Assembly: GCA_964001285.1 (NCBI GenBank)
Contig: CAXFAF010000004.1
Coordinates: 9,763 to 73,762, forward strand
Origin: an uncultured bacterium
GTDB taxonomy: Bacteria; Pseudomonadota; Alphaproteobacteria; MED-G09
DNA: 64,000 nucleotides
Direction: 5' to 3'
The first letter of the stretch is position 1, and each line of letters starts with the position of its first letter. Below, in pieces: positions 29,878 through 40,533 of this stretch. The notes under the pieces are model-generated. The model searched no databases. It had not been told where the DNA came from and saw only the letters and a list, made by a program, of their open reading frames with translations. Both the position numbers and the translations under genes were made by a program.

Positions 29878-31002
29878 GTGTATAATCTAACAGTAATGGC
29901 AAGTATAGATAAATATATATTTAAAAAACTTACAATATCACTTTTTGTAGTTTGTATTGCGATGCTCTCTCTTGCCTGGTTAACTCAGGTTCTCGGGATG
30001 CTTGATGAGGCGATAATTAGGGGAGCAAGCATTCCTCTTTTTTTAAGCCTCACAGTATCAGTCATGCCGAATATTCTTTCACAAATATTACCCTTGGCCC
30101 TCTTTATTTCATCAATTTTCGTTTTAAATACAATGGGAAAAGACAATGAATCAATAATACTTCTATCTTCGGGAATAAGTAATGTAAGAATTATCAAACC
30201 TTTTATTTTTTTTAGCTTTATCATTACATTAATATTAGCTATTACATCCTTATTTCTTGCGCCAGCTGGTATGAGATATTCAAAACTAAAAATGCATGAA
30301 CTCAAACATGACATATCTAGTACAATTTTAAGAGATGGACTATTCTCGATGCCTGCTAAAGGTTTAACCGTTTATGCAAAAGAAAAAGAGTTAGATAATT
30401 CAATTACAGGTGTATTGGTTCATGATAATAGAGACCCAAAAAATTCAATAACTTATACGGCTAAAAAAGGTCTTTTCTTTAATGAAGAGAATGAATCAAA
30501 GCTAGTATTATTAGATGGAACAATTCAACATAAAAATTCTTTAAAACCATCGTCAGGAATTACAACAGTGAAATTCGAAAAGAATGAATACTTTTTTTCT
30601 GAATTTCTACCTGAAAGTGAGAAATTTAATTTAGATTCTAGTCAAAGATTTTTAAATGAACTTTTATTTCCCAAAAAAGGTGATGCTTACGCGGAAAAAA
30701 GAATGGCTAACTTAAAAGCCGTTGGTCATCACAAATTAGCCCAATTATTTCATCCACTAATCTTTATAGTTTTCTCATTTTGTTTTCTAATTGGAAAAAT
30801 ACAAAATAAAACAAATCCTACACTTATAAACATTATTGCCATTTCAATAGGCTTTTCTTTTCAAATAATTGATTTTTTCTTATTGGGTTTTGCTCAATCT
30901 GGTTCTTTTGGGATCTTCTTATTGTATTTATTGCCTTTTTTATGTCTATTTTCTGTTTTAGCCTTTTTCAAAGAAAATTTTGGAATATTAAAAAAGGCTT
31001 AA
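29878..31002 (+). CDS. lptF: LPS export ABC permease LptF (YjgP/YjgQ family)
   Basis: 6-transmembrane permease with a periplasmic insert. Sits divergently next to pepA, as in E. coli. Confidence 0.75.
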   Translation: MYNLTVMASIDKYIFKKLTISLFVVCIAMLSLAWLTQVLGMLDEAIIRGASIPLFLSLTVSVMPNILSQILPLALFISSIFVLNTMGKDNESIILLSSGISNVRIIKPFIFFSFIITLILAITSLFLAPAGMRYSKLKMHELKHDISSTILRDGLFSMPAKGLTVYAKEKELDNSITGVLVHDNRDPKNSITYTAKKGLFFNEENESKLVLLDGTIQHKNSLKPSSGITTVKFEKNEYFFSEFLPESEKFNLDSSQRFLNELLFPKKGDAYAEKRMANLKAVGHHKLAQLFHPLIFIVFSFCFLIGKIQNKTNPTLINIIAISIGFSFQIIDFFLLGFAQSGSFGIFLLYLLPFLCLFSVLAFFKENFGILKKA

Positions 31003-31004
31003 TA

Positions 31005-32102
31005 ATGAAACTAACCAAAACGTTAGCAAGGTATTTTTATAAGAAGTATGTCAGTACCCTCTTTTATACACTTACAATTTCAATTATTTTTGTTTTAATT
31101 GTTGATACAGCGGAGCTTGCAAGAAGAATATCTAAAGTAGGAAATGGCGATATTACTCTTGCTTTACAACTCGCTCTTTTAAAATTACCAGAAATGATAT
31201 TAGAAATTTTTCCTTTTATAATTCTCTTTGGGTCCTTAGCAACCTTTTATATACTTTCAAAAAATTCAGAATTGGTGATTTTTAGAGTAAGTGGCATATC
31301 TATATGGCAATTTCTTTCACCAGCTATTATAATTGTTTTACTTATTGGTTTAATATTAATAACAGCCATACAACCATTTATAGCCTTATCATCTGAAAAA
31401 TTTAAAGAATTAGAAGCTAGAAATATTAGAGGTCAACTTAGTTTAATTACTCTCTCCGAAAATGGACTCTGGTTAAAAGAAGATAATCTTGAAGAAGAAA
31501 CCTATTATATCATTCATTCACTTGGTATGGACAGAAAAGGAGGAAAATTAGAAGATGTTATTTTCTTTAAACATCATGATGATGGTAATTTAATAAATAG
31601 AATTGATGCCGCTTCCGCAACGCTAAAAAACGGAGAATGGTTATTAAATGATACTTGGATAAAAGAAGATGATGATAGTTTTTACCTTAAAGATTTTAAA
31701 ATTAAAACAAATTTATCATCTGATCAAATTCAAGAAAATTTTTCTCCTCCTGAGACAATATCTCTATGGTCATTGCCAAAATTTATTACTATTGCTGAAA
31801 AGGCTGGATTTGCATCCCAACGGCATAAAACTAGACTTTATGGCTTAATTTCATTTCCTTTTTTTCTTGCTTCTATGGTTTTGGCTGCAGCACCTTTCTC
31901 GGTTAATTTTCTCAGAACAAATAAAATAAATTTTTTATTGTTTGGAGGATTATTTGTTGGCCTTGCTGTTTATACGCTCTCTAGTGTCGCGTTAGCATTT
32001 GGATCGTCTGGATCTATCAATCCGTTGCTTTCTGCATGGGCGGCTCCAATAATCACCATAATGGGATCAATCACAATTTTATTATACACCGAAGAAAGTT
32101 AA
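31005..32102 (+). CDS. lptG: LPS export ABC permease LptG. Start revised to MKLTK, immediately after the lptF stop.
   Basis: Paralog of the upstream gene. The ATG at 31005 follows the lptF TAA, and the track's start would overlap by 60 nt. Confidence 0.75.
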   Translation: MKLTKTLARYFYKKYVSTLFYTLTISIIFVLIVDTAELARRISKVGNGDITLALQLALLKLPEMILEIFPFIILFGSLATFYILSKNSELVIFRVSGISIWQFLSPAIIIVLLIGLILITAIQPFIALSSEKFKELEARNIRGQLSLITLSENGLWLKEDNLEEETYYIIHSLGMDRKGGKLEDVIFFKHHDDGNLINRIDAASATLKNGEWLLNDTWIKEDDDSFYLKDFKIKTNLSSDQIQENFSPPETISLWSLPKFITIAEKAGFASQRHKTRLYGLISFPFFLASMVLAAAPFSVNFLRTNKINFLLFGGLFVGLAVYTLSSVALAFGSSGSINPLLSAWAAPIITIMGSITILLYTEES

Positions 32103-32105
32103 ATT

Positions 32106-34460
32106 ATGAAAAAACTTTACTTAATCATATTTACTATTTCGGTAATCTTTACTGGAATTGAGGCCAAATCAGAAAATTTAAGAAATGAAAATGTTCTTGA
32201 AGCCGACAAAATTGAATATATTAATGACAGTGGAAAAATCCTTGCAACTGGATCAGTTCTTATATTAAGGGACGGATATCAACTCCAAGCTGATAAAGTT
32301 TCGTTAGACCCATCAACAAATATTATAGAGGCTGAAGGAAATATAAGAATAAATGAAGGAACTGGTGGATTAATAACAGCCTCAAAAATGAAAATTTCTT
32401 CTAATTTAAATGATGGAATTATCGAATTACCAAGAATAACTACTAAAGATGGAACAGTTCTCACTTCTGCATATGCTATAAGAAATGGAGGAAAAGCAAC
32501 AATTCTTCGAAAAGGTATTTTTAGCCCTTGTAATAATTGTGAATCAAATAAAAAAAGAGTTTCTTGGCAAATTCGTGCAAATAGAATAATTCATGATGAA
32601 ATTAATGGAAATATTATTTATGAAGGAGCAAGATTTGAGTTATTCGGGATACCTATTTTTTATGTACCAATAGCAGGTCACCCTAGTCCAGAAGTAAAAA
32701 GAAGATCAGGTTTTTTAGCACCTTCACTAGTTAGCTCTGGCGACCTAGGCTTGGTTTTAAAAACACCATATTTTATTAATCTAAGACAAGATTACGATTT
32801 AACTATAACCCCATGGATTGTTACCAAAGGTGCATTTATTTTTGAAAACGAATGGAGACAAAAATTTAATAATGGCGAAATTAATATATATGGAATTTTA
32901 GCGTCTCTAAGTGATAACTTTAAAGCCAGAACAGTGAATATTAATAGTGACTGGCAATCTGTAATTAATTCACCTTTTAATTCACCGGAAGAACTAAATA
33001 ACCTTGGAAAGAAATTGGTGTATTTATATGATGATAATAATCATTCTATTTCCAATGTAGAAGTTGCTCAATTAGATGATCCGAGACCGTCATCAATATC
33101 AGAGGCTATTGGATATGACTTTAGAGGTTCTTTATCTGCTAAAGGAAACTTTTCTGCTAATGGGTGGTTAATAAAATTCGATGGAACATTTGTTTCTGAT
33201 GATACCTTTTTAAGGAGATTTGATTTAAACGATAGGACAGATATAGCATCGATCTTATCAATTACAAAAGAATGGGATGATTATTCAATAGAAATAGAAA
33301 CAACTCATTTTACACTTTTACTTCCCGAAAAAGAAGGGTCAGAACCGATTATATTGCCGAGAATTAATTTTACTTGGGATCCAAAAACTAAATTCTTAGG
33401 CGGTAATTTTAACTTAGAGTTAAATTCGACAAATATTGTTAGAAAAACTGATGGGAATACCCAAAGAGTTTCCTTAGAAGGCTCATGGAAAAGAAATATT
33501 ATTCATAAATCAGGTAGCCTTATAAACTTAAACCTTTTTTTAAGAGGTGATATGTACAGGTCTACAAAAAAATATATACCTAATAATTCTTCAAGATTAT
33601 TGGCCTCTAATAGATTTGGAGAAGAAAAAAATATAGCCAGAGTTCTTCCTAGTTTCTTTTTTGAATGGAGCTATCCTACAATGTCTCCAAATGGGAATAC
33701 TATAATAGAGCCAATAATTAATTTCACTTTGGCGCCTAATGACAAAGAATATAAAAAAATCCCTAATGAAGACTCTCTTGCCTTTGAATTAAACTCATCT
33801 AACATATTTGATAACAATCGAATCCAAGGGTTTGACAGATGGGAATATGGAAACAGAATTAATTATGGGATCCAAATATCTCATTTTTGGAACAAAAGAG
33901 TAATAAAGGCATTAATCGCACAAAGTTATAGGTTTTCAAATTTAGATTTCTCATATACAGGAAGTGGACTCAGAAAAGATTTTTCAGATATAATTTTCGA
34001 TCTTTTTTATAAACCTAATAATAATATAACAGTTTCCTATAGAGGTAGAATAAGCGAAGAAGATCTTAAACTAATTAGATCGGAATTTGATATTCAAGGA
34101 AATTTCAAAATGTGGGGATTTAGACTTGGTCACGCTCACCTTGATAACGAAGAAGACTATAATCTAAAAGAACAAAAAGAGTTAAGATTTGCTAATTTTG
34201 TAAATATTGATGAAAACTGGTTAATCCAAGGTGCAATTAGATATGACATAGAATCAAAAAATTCACTTAGAAATAGATTATCTATTGTGTACATTGACGA
34301 TTGCATATCTTTTGAATTAGGATTTAGAAGGAAATTTGCGGAATATAGAGATTTAAAACCATCTAACTCTTTTATGGTTAAACTAAAAGTATACACTTTT
34401 GGTGGTGGTGATATTAATAGCTCGCAAAGATTAACTAGATTATGGGAACGAGTGGAATAA
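32106..34460 (+). CDS. lptD: LPS assembly outer-membrane protein LptD (OstA)
   Basis: Signal peptide, an N-terminal OstA-like domain, and a large beta-barrel. 784 aa. Followed by surA-pdxA-rsmA. Confidence 0.85.
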   Translation: MKKLYLIIFTISVIFTGIEAKSENLRNENVLEADKIEYINDSGKILATGSVLILRDGYQLQADKVSLDPSTNIIEAEGNIRINEGTGGLITASKMKISSNLNDGIIELPRITTKDGTVLTSAYAIRNGGKATILRKGIFSPCNNCESNKKRVSWQIRANRIIHDEINGNIIYEGARFELFGIPIFYVPIAGHPSPEVKRRSGFLAPSLVSSGDLGLVLKTPYFINLRQDYDLTITPWIVTKGAFIFENEWRQKFNNGEINIYGILASLSDNFKARTVNINSDWQSVINSPFNSPEELNNLGKKLVYLYDDNNHSISNVEVAQLDDPRPSSISEAIGYDFRGSLSAKGNFSANGWLIKFDGTFVSDDTFLRRFDLNDRTDIASILSITKEWDDYSIEIETTHFTLLLPEKEGSEPIILPRINFTWDPKTKFLGGNFNLELNSTNIVRKTDGNTQRVSLEGSWKRNIIHKSGSLINLNLFLRGDMYRSTKKYIPNNSSRLLASNRFGEEKNIARVLPSFFFEWSYPTMSPNGNTIIEPIINFTLAPNDKEYKKIPNEDSLAFELNSSNIFDNNRIQGFDRWEYGNRINYGIQISHFWNKRVIKALIAQSYRFSNLDFSYTGSGLRKDFSDIIFDLFYKPNNNITVSYRGRISEEDLKLIRSEFDIQGNFKMWGFRLGHAHLDNEEDYNLKEQKELRFANFVNIDENWLIQGAIRYDIESKNSLRNRLSIVYIDDCISFELGFRRKFAEYRDLKPSNSFMVKLKVYTFGGGDINSSQRLTRLWERVE

Positions 34461-34463
34461 AGA

Positions 34464-35705
34464 ATGAAAGCAAAATCAAAAAATATTATTATAATTAATT
34501 TTCTATTACTGTTATTTATTTTATTGCCTATAAAACTGTTTACTCAAGATATACAAGCCATTTCAGCAATTGTTAATGATGAAGTTATATCTAGATATGA
34601 TGTTCAGCAAAGAGTTCAATTGATAGTTTCTACTGCAGGAATAAAACCCACTCAAGAAAATATAAAAAGATTAGAAACACAGGCTTTAAGATCTCTTGTT
34701 AACGAAAAAATTCAACTTCAGGAAGCGATTAAATTAGATGTCCCATCATCAGATGATGAGGTAAATCTTATGCTTGAGAGAATAGCTAATGGGAATCAAA
34801 TGTCAGGACAGGAGATTCTTCAACAAATAAATTCTCAGGGCGTAAGGGCAGAAACATTGCTTAATCAAATTAAAGCTGAATTACTCTGGAATAAAATTGT
34901 AAGAGGAAGATATGGATCCTACATAAATGTTAACGAAGATGAAGTATCTATAGTTTATGACAGAACAATGGAAAGCATTGGAAAAGATCAATATGACATT
35001 TCAGAAATTTTTATCGGCTATGAAAACGAACAGGAACAACAAGAAGCCAATATTCTTGCTAATAAATTAGTAGAACAATTAAGATCGGGAGCAGCTTTTG
35101 CCGCAGTAGCACAGCAATTTAGTCAAACTGCATCATCTGGACAAGGGGGATATATAGGATGGGTTACCGAAGGTCAATTAGATAATGAAATAATAGATTC
35201 ACTGAAAGAACTAAAAAAAGATGAAATTTCTAATCCTATTAATACTGTTGCCGGCTTATATGTAATTAAACTTAATGACAAAACTAAAGCAGGAGGAAAG
35301 AATCCCTTAAGAAACCAATATGACCTTGTTTCGGTTATATTTGAAATAAACCAAAAAAAAGAATCTGAAAATTTTTCTAAAGATTTTGTTTCATGCAAAA
35401 GAATAGATCAATTAACAGATAAATATAATGAAAAGGAAGTTAATTATATTGGTAAAAGAATATTAAGTGATCTACCTGAAGATCTACATAATGAATTACT
35501 CAATAAGGAAGCTGGAGACACATTAAACCCTAGAATCATAGGTGAAAATATAAATATAATTTTAATTTGTGATAGAAAAGATGACATAGGAATACAAGTA
35601 TCCAGAGAAACTATAGAAGAAAATATTTATGCCCAAAAAATTGGGATGATGTCCAGAAGATACCTTAGAGACCTGAGACGTGATGCTGTCATTGAGTATC
35701 GATAA
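34464..35705 (+). CDS. surA: Periplasmic chaperone/peptidyl-prolyl isomerase SurA
   Basis: Signal peptide, a SurA N-terminal domain and a parvulin-like region. Conserved position after lptD. Confidence 0.8.
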   Translation: MKAKSKNIIIINFLLLLFILLPIKLFTQDIQAISAIVNDEVISRYDVQQRVQLIVSTAGIKPTQENIKRLETQALRSLVNEKIQLQEAIKLDVPSSDDEVNLMLERIANGNQMSGQEILQQINSQGVRAETLLNQIKAELLWNKIVRGRYGSYINVNEDEVSIVYDRTMESIGKDQYDISEIFIGYENEQEQQEANILANKLVEQLRSGAAFAAVAQQFSQTASSGQGGYIGWVTEGQLDNEIIDSLKELKKDEISNPINTVAGLYVIKLNDKTKAGGKNPLRNQYDLVSVIFEINQKKESENFSKDFVSCKRIDQLTDKYNEKEVNYIGKRILSDLPEDLHNELLNKEAGDTLNPRIIGENINIILICDRKDDIGIQVSRETIEENIYAQKIGMMSRRYLRDLRRDAVIEYR

Positions 35706-36706
35706 TGACCCATGAAGTAAATTTACCTATTGCTATTTCCATGGGTGAACCTGGTGGTATAAATATCGAAATAATCTTAAATTGTGTAGGTAAAAAGAAT
35801 CTACCTAAATTCTTTCTTATATCAGATCCAGATTGGGTTATTAAGTGCATCCAAGAATTAAAGTTAAAAACTAAATTAAATATTATATATGATTTAAATG
35901 ATTGTAAGAAAAATTATATTAATATCTTACCAATTAAAAACACTGTTAAGTTTGGTTTTAAAAAATCATACACTGAAAATGTGCCTGCAATAATAGAATC
36001 TTTAAATACTGCAATCAAACTAGCAAAAGAAAGAAGGGTTTCTGCTATTGTAACCCTACCGATAATGAAGAAAACTTTATTAAATTATGGCTTTAATTAC
36101 CCTGGGCATACCGATTACCTAGGTAAAGTGTCCAATAAAAGACCCTTAATGATAATGATGAATAAGAAATTAAAAGTCGCGACACTTACTTCACATATTC
36201 CTTTGTCGGAAGTGCATAAAAAGATAACAAAAAAAGACTTAGATAGTGCTTTAAAAATATACATTAAATCACTTAAATTAGATTTTGGTATTTTGGATCC
36301 CAAAATCTCAGTTAGCTCACTCAATCCCCATAATGGAGAAGATGGGAAACTAGGAAATGAAGAGATTGATATAATTAAACCTGTAATTAATAAATTAGAA
36401 AAAAAGGGATTTAAAATTAAAGGACCAAGACCAGCGGACACCATGTTCCACAATGAAGCACTTAAATGTGCAGATGGAATTTTATGTATGTACCATGATC
36501 AAGCACTAATCCCGGTCAAATCATCAGATTTTTACGGATCGATTAATTATACCGCTGGATTACCGTTTGTAAGGACATCTCCAGATCATGGGACAGCTTT
36601 TGATATAACTGGAAAAAAAGAAGCAAATAATCAAAGCCTTATTAATGCGATCAAATACGCTAAGAAAATTTCTGATCAAAGAATTAAAAATGAATATCAA
36701 AAATAA
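35705..36706 (+). CDS. pdxA: 4-hydroxythreonine-4-phosphate dehydrogenase
   Basis: Motifs GEPGGI, GHTDYLG and SPDHGTAFDI. 333 aa. Confidence 0.9.
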   Translation: MTHEVNLPIAISMGEPGGINIEIILNCVGKKNLPKFFLISDPDWVIKCIQELKLKTKLNIIYDLNDCKKNYINILPIKNTVKFGFKKSYTENVPAIIESLNTAIKLAKERRVSAIVTLPIMKKTLLNYGFNYPGHTDYLGKVSNKRPLMIMMNKKLKVATLTSHIPLSEVHKKITKKDLDSALKIYIKSLKLDFGILDPKISVSSLNPHNGEDGKLGNEEIDIIKPVINKLEKKGFKIKGPRPADTMFHNEALKCADGILCMYHDQALIPVKSSDFYGSINYTAGLPFVRTSPDHGTAFDITGKKEANNQSLINAIKYAKKISDQRIKNEYQK

Positions 36707-37538
36707 CCTTTCTTTAAGAAACTTCATGGAAGAATATAATTTTAGGCCAAAAAAAAAATTAGGTCAGAATTTTCTTCATGATAAAAATGTAATTAAATCA
36801 ATAATTAAGGAAGCAAAAGTAAAAGGAGAAAATATACTGGAAATAGGACCTGGGCCTGCAATTTTAACCGAACTAATGTTAATGAATGGATCAAACTTAG
36901 TTATATCTATTGAAAAGGATAAAAATTTTGAGGGAAAATTATTAGAAATTAAAAAAAAATATAAAAAAAACTTTAATTATATTTTTGCTGATGTCTTGGA
37001 CTACAGTTTTAATGAAAATAATATTAAGAATTTTAAAATTGTTTCTAATCTTCCCTACAATATATCAGTTCCATTTATTCTAAAAATGAATAACAGGAAA
37101 TACAGATTATTATGGAAAGAAATGATTTTGATGGTGCAAAAGGAAGTTGCAGATAGACTCTTAGCTGATAAAGGAACTAAAAACTATGGGAGAATTTCAT
37201 TAATAGTTGGATGGAAAAATAAAATAGAAAGAATACTCAATGTTAAACCTTCATCATTTATACCCAAACCAAAAGTTGACTCCTCCTTAATAAGGATAAA
37301 ACCTTTATCAAAATATCCTAATGCAAAACATGAAACTTTAGAAAATATTGTTAAAGTAAGCTTTAGTCATAGAAGAAAAACTATAAAAAATAATTTGGAT
37401 CAACTTAATATAGATACAAATAATTTACTAACTTTAGCAAAAATAAGCCCTTCGGAAAGAGCAGAAAATATAGATATTGAAGGTTTTTGCAGAATAGCTA
37501 ATTTTTACGATAAAATAAATTTACAACGAACTTCTTAG
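36690..37538 (+). CDS. rsmA: 16S rRNA A1518/A1519 dimethyltransferase. Start revised to the internal MNIKNN.
   Basis: KKLGQNFL and SNLPYNIS motifs. The track's start would overlap pdxA by 60 nt. Confidence 0.85.
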   Translation: MNIKNNLSLRNFMEEYNFRPKKKLGQNFLHDKNVIKSIIKEAKVKGENILEIGPGPAILTELMLMNGSNLVISIEKDKNFEGKLLEIKKKYKKNFNYIFADVLDYSFNENNIKNFKIVSNLPYNISVPFILKMNNRKYRLLWKEMILMVQKEVADRLLADKGTKNYGRISLIVGWKNKIERILNVKPSSFIPKPKVDSSLIRIKPLSKYPNAKHETLENIVKVSFSHRRKTIKNNLDQLNIDTNNLLTLAKISPSERAENIDIEGFCRIANFYDKINLQRTS

Positions 37539-38165
37539 ATTTTTAACAATTTCTTGAGTTTTTATTTGCCTATGATGCTTTAATCTTTCTGCTTGCAAAA
37601 TTGACAAAATTTTCTTAACTGTTTCGTCAAAATCTTTATTAACTAGAATGTAATCATATTCTGCATAATGACTCATCTCATCAGCAGCTCTAGACATTCT
37701 TTTCTGAATTGTACCTTCATTATCCTGTTTTCTTTCCTTTAATCTTCTTTCTAATTCCTCAATAGAGGGAGGCAAAACAAACACCTTTACTAAATCATCT
37801 TGTGATTGATTCATCAATTGCTGTGTTCCTTGCCAATCAATATCAAACAATACATCCTTACCTTTTATTAACTTATCAGTGACGGGTTGCTTTCGTGTTC
37901 CATAATAATAATCAAAAACTTTTGCATATTCTAAAAATTCATTATTATCTCTCATTTCACTAAAAATTTTATTATCAACGAAGTAATAATCTTTTCCATC
38001 CATTTCTCCAGGTCTGGATGGTCTGGTGGTGTAAGAAACTGAAAGAAAAATTTCATCATCAAGTTCTAATATTTTTCTTGATAGCGAGGTTTTTCCTGCT
38101 CCAGAAGGAGAGGAAAGAACAAACATTAATCCTTTTCTATTAATATTTTTATCAATAATTTCCAT
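37521..38165 (-). CDS. gmk: Guanylate kinase
   Basis: P-loop SSPSGAGKTSL plus TTRPSRPGE. 214 aa. Confidence 0.9.
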   Translation of the reverse strand: MEIIDKNINRKGLMFVLSSPSGAGKTSLSRKILELDDEIFLSVSYTTRPSRPGEMDGKDYYFVDNKIFSEMRDNNEFLEYAKVFDYYYGTRKQPVTDKLIKGKDVLFDIDWQGTQQLMNQSQDDLVKVFVLPPSIEELERRLKERKQDNEGTIQKRMSRAADEMSHYAEYDYILVNKDFDETVKKILSILQAERLKHHRQIKTQEIVKNLRSSL

Positions 38166-39439
38166 TAATTCCCTCTATATGTAGAAAAAACAACCGAAGC
38201 ATTCGTTCCTCCAAATCCAAATGAGTTGGATAAAACAACTTCAACATTTTTACTTCTACTTTTATGCGGCACAAGATCAATTTTAGTATCTATAGATAAA
38301 TCATCAAGATTTATTGTTGCAGGAATAATATTATTTTTAATCGAAAGCAGACTAAAGATCGCTTCTACTGCCCCAGCTGCTCCTAAAAGATGCCCTATAG
38401 AAGATTTTGTTGAAGACATAGATATATTATCTAAATTAGCAGCAAAAGCTTTTTCAACAGCTCTTAATTCAATTTCATCTCCTTTAGGGGTAGATGTACC
38501 ATGAGCATTTATATACGAAAAGTCGTCAACAGCCATTTTGGAGTCTTCAATCGCCATTATCATTGACCTATATGCACCATCACCATCCTCGGCTGGAGCT
38601 GTAATATGATGTGCGTCTCCTGAAACACCATATCCCTTAAATTCTGCGTATATATTTGCTTCTCTGGAAAGAGCGTGCTCTAATTCTTCTAAGACTAAAA
38701 ATCCAGCTCCTTCTCCCATTACAAATCCATCTCTTAGTCTATCATAAGGTCTAGAAGCTTTTTTAGGCTGATCATTAAAACTTGTACTTAATGCTTTACA
38801 GGCTGCAAAACCTGCAATTCCAACTGGACAAATTGCTGATTCTGCTCCTCCAACTATCATAATATCAGCTTTATCTCGTTTTATCATTTCAGCGCCTTCA
38901 CAAATAGAATGAGTTCCTGAAGAACAAGCTGTTACTGAAGCTAAATTAGGACCTTTGAGATTGTTTCTAATTGATATTTGACCAGAAACGAGATTAATTA
39001 AAGCCCCAGGAATAAAAAAAGGGCTAACTCGCTTAGGTCCTTTTTCTTTTAAAGTTAAAGAAGCCTTTTCAATACTAGGAAGTCCACCAACACCAGAACC
39101 AACACCCACTCCAACTCTAAATGGATCTATCTTGCTTTTAAATAATGAAGAATCCAAAATAGCCATTTCAGCAGCAGCAACTCCAAATATTATGAAATCA
39201 TCTACTTTTCTAAGGTCTTTATCAGAAAACCAATTATTGGGATTAAAGAATTCTTCACCTGTTTTGTGCTCGTTAGAAATTGGGACCTCACAAGCTACTT
39301 TAGCTTGATACTGATCAGTATCAAATTTTGTTATTAAGCTTGCTCCGGATTTATTTTTAATAAGATTATTCCAAGAAGAGTTTAGATCACCTCCTAAAGG
39401 TGTCACAGCCCCCATTCCTGTAACTACAATTCTTCGCAA
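38165..39439 (-). CDS. fabF: 3-oxoacyl-ACP synthase II
   Basis: Active-site Cys region SVTACSSG and the HGTSTPKGD and NSFGFGGTN motifs. Confidence 0.9.
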   Translation of the reverse strand: MRRIVVTGMGAVTPLGGDLNSSWNNLIKNKSGASLITKFDTDQYQAKVACEVPISNEHKTGEEFFNPNNWFSDKDLRKVDDFIIFGVAAAEMAILDSSLFKSKIDPFRVGVGVGSGVGGLPSIEKASLTLKEKGPKRVSPFFIPGALINLVSGQISIRNNLKGPNLASVTACSSGTHSICEGAEMIKRDKADIMIVGGAESAICPVGIAGFAACKALSTSFNDQPKKASRPYDRLRDGFVMGEGAGFLVLEELEHALSREANIYAEFKGYGVSGDAHHITAPAEDGDGAYRSMIMAIEDSKMAVDDFSYINAHGTSTPKGDEIELRAVEKAFAANLDNISMSSTKSSIGHLLGAAGAVEAIFSLLSIKNNIIPATINLDDLSIDTKIDLVPHKSRSKNVEVVLSNSFGFGGTNASVVFSTYRGN

Positions 39440-39472
39440 ATTTTATCCCACTATATAAGGCAGAAGTATTTA

Positions 39473-39709
39473 CTAGGAAGTGTTTGAATTTATAAAGTTA
39501 ACTGCGTCACCAACTGTTTGAATACTTTCAGCGGCATCATCGGGTATCTCAATACCAAATTCTTCTTCAAAAGCCATAACCAATTCTACGGTATCTAAAC
39601 TATCAGCCCCCAGATCATCAATAAAACTAGCTGACTCAGTTACTTTATCGTTTTCCACACCTAAGTGTTCTACAACTATTGCCTGAACTTTTCCTAATGT
39701 ATCACTCAT
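39473..39709 (-). CDS. acpP: Acyl carrier protein
   Basis: [21 protein letters not shown] phosphopantetheine-attachment motif. 78 aa. Confidence 0.95.
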   Translation of the reverse strand: MSDTLGKVQAIVVEHLGVENDKVTESASFIDDLGADSLDTVELVMAFEEEFGIEIPDDAAESIQTVGDAVNFINSNTS

Positions 39710-39795
39710 TTTACCCTCTTATTTTTGTTAACGGAATATTATCAATAAAACATATGCGCTTTAGCACATCATTTAAAGATATTCAACTAACTCAT

Positions 39796-40533
39796 TTAAT
39801 TCATATATAAACCGCCATTAATATGTATAGTTTGACCAGTTATATAACTTGATTCTTCACTTGCTAAAAAAAGAACAGATGTAGAAAGATCTTCTGGAGA
39901 ACCAAATCTATTGGCTGGTATAGAACTTAAAACTTTGGCTTTTCTATTTTCATCAAGATCTGATGTCATAGGTGTATCAATAAATCCAGGAGCAATACAA
40001 TTAACAGTTATATTTCTGCTTGCAAGTTCTTGAGATAGAGATTTAGTCATACCTATTAATCCTGCTTTGGATGATGAATAGTTAACTTGACCCGGTCCCC
40101 CTGTAACACCTACTACAGAAGTTATATTTATTATTCTACCATATTTTCTTTTGACCATTCCTTTCGTAGCAAGTTTTAAAATTTTAAAGGTTGAATAGAG
40201 ATTAACTTTCAACACCTGGTCCCACTCTTCATCGGACATCCTTAAGAAAATATTATCTTTAGTTATTCCAGCATTATTAACAAGAATATCTATTTGACCT
40301 AATTCTTCTTCAGCTCCTTTTACTAAATTCGTTATGTCATTATCTTTAGTTAAATCACATGTAATAATTTTACATTCTTGATTAACTTTATTATTTAATG
40401 AATTTAATTCTTCAGAATTTCTTCCAGAAATACAAATTTCTGCACCAAAACTATCAAGAGTTGTTGCAATTTCTTTACCAATTCCGCCACTTGCGCCAGT
40501 AATTAATGCTTTCTTTCCTTTTAAATCAAACAC
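39796..40533 (-). CDS. fabG: 3-oxoacyl-ACP reductase
   Basis: SDR motifs TGASGGIG and YSSSK. Lies in the fabD-fabG-acpP-fabF block. Confidence 0.9.
   Translation of the reverse strand: MFDLKGKKALITGASGGIGKEIATTLDSFGAEICISGRNSEELNSLNNKVNQECKIITCDLTKDNDITNLVKGAEEELGQIDILVNNAGITKDNIFLRMSDEEWDQVLKVNLYSTFKILKLATKGMVKRKYGRIINITSVVGVTGGPGQVNYSSSKAGLIGMTKSLSQELASRNITVNCIAPGFIDTPMTSDLDENRKAKVLSSIPANRFGSPEDLSTSVLFLASEESSYITGQTIHINGGLYMN

Noticed and set aside
28086-30314. ORFs 28086..28331(+), 28953..29135(+), 29184..29369(+) and 29985..30314(-)
   Set aside because: They lie antisense within holC, pepA and lptF respectively, and the host genes have strong motif support.
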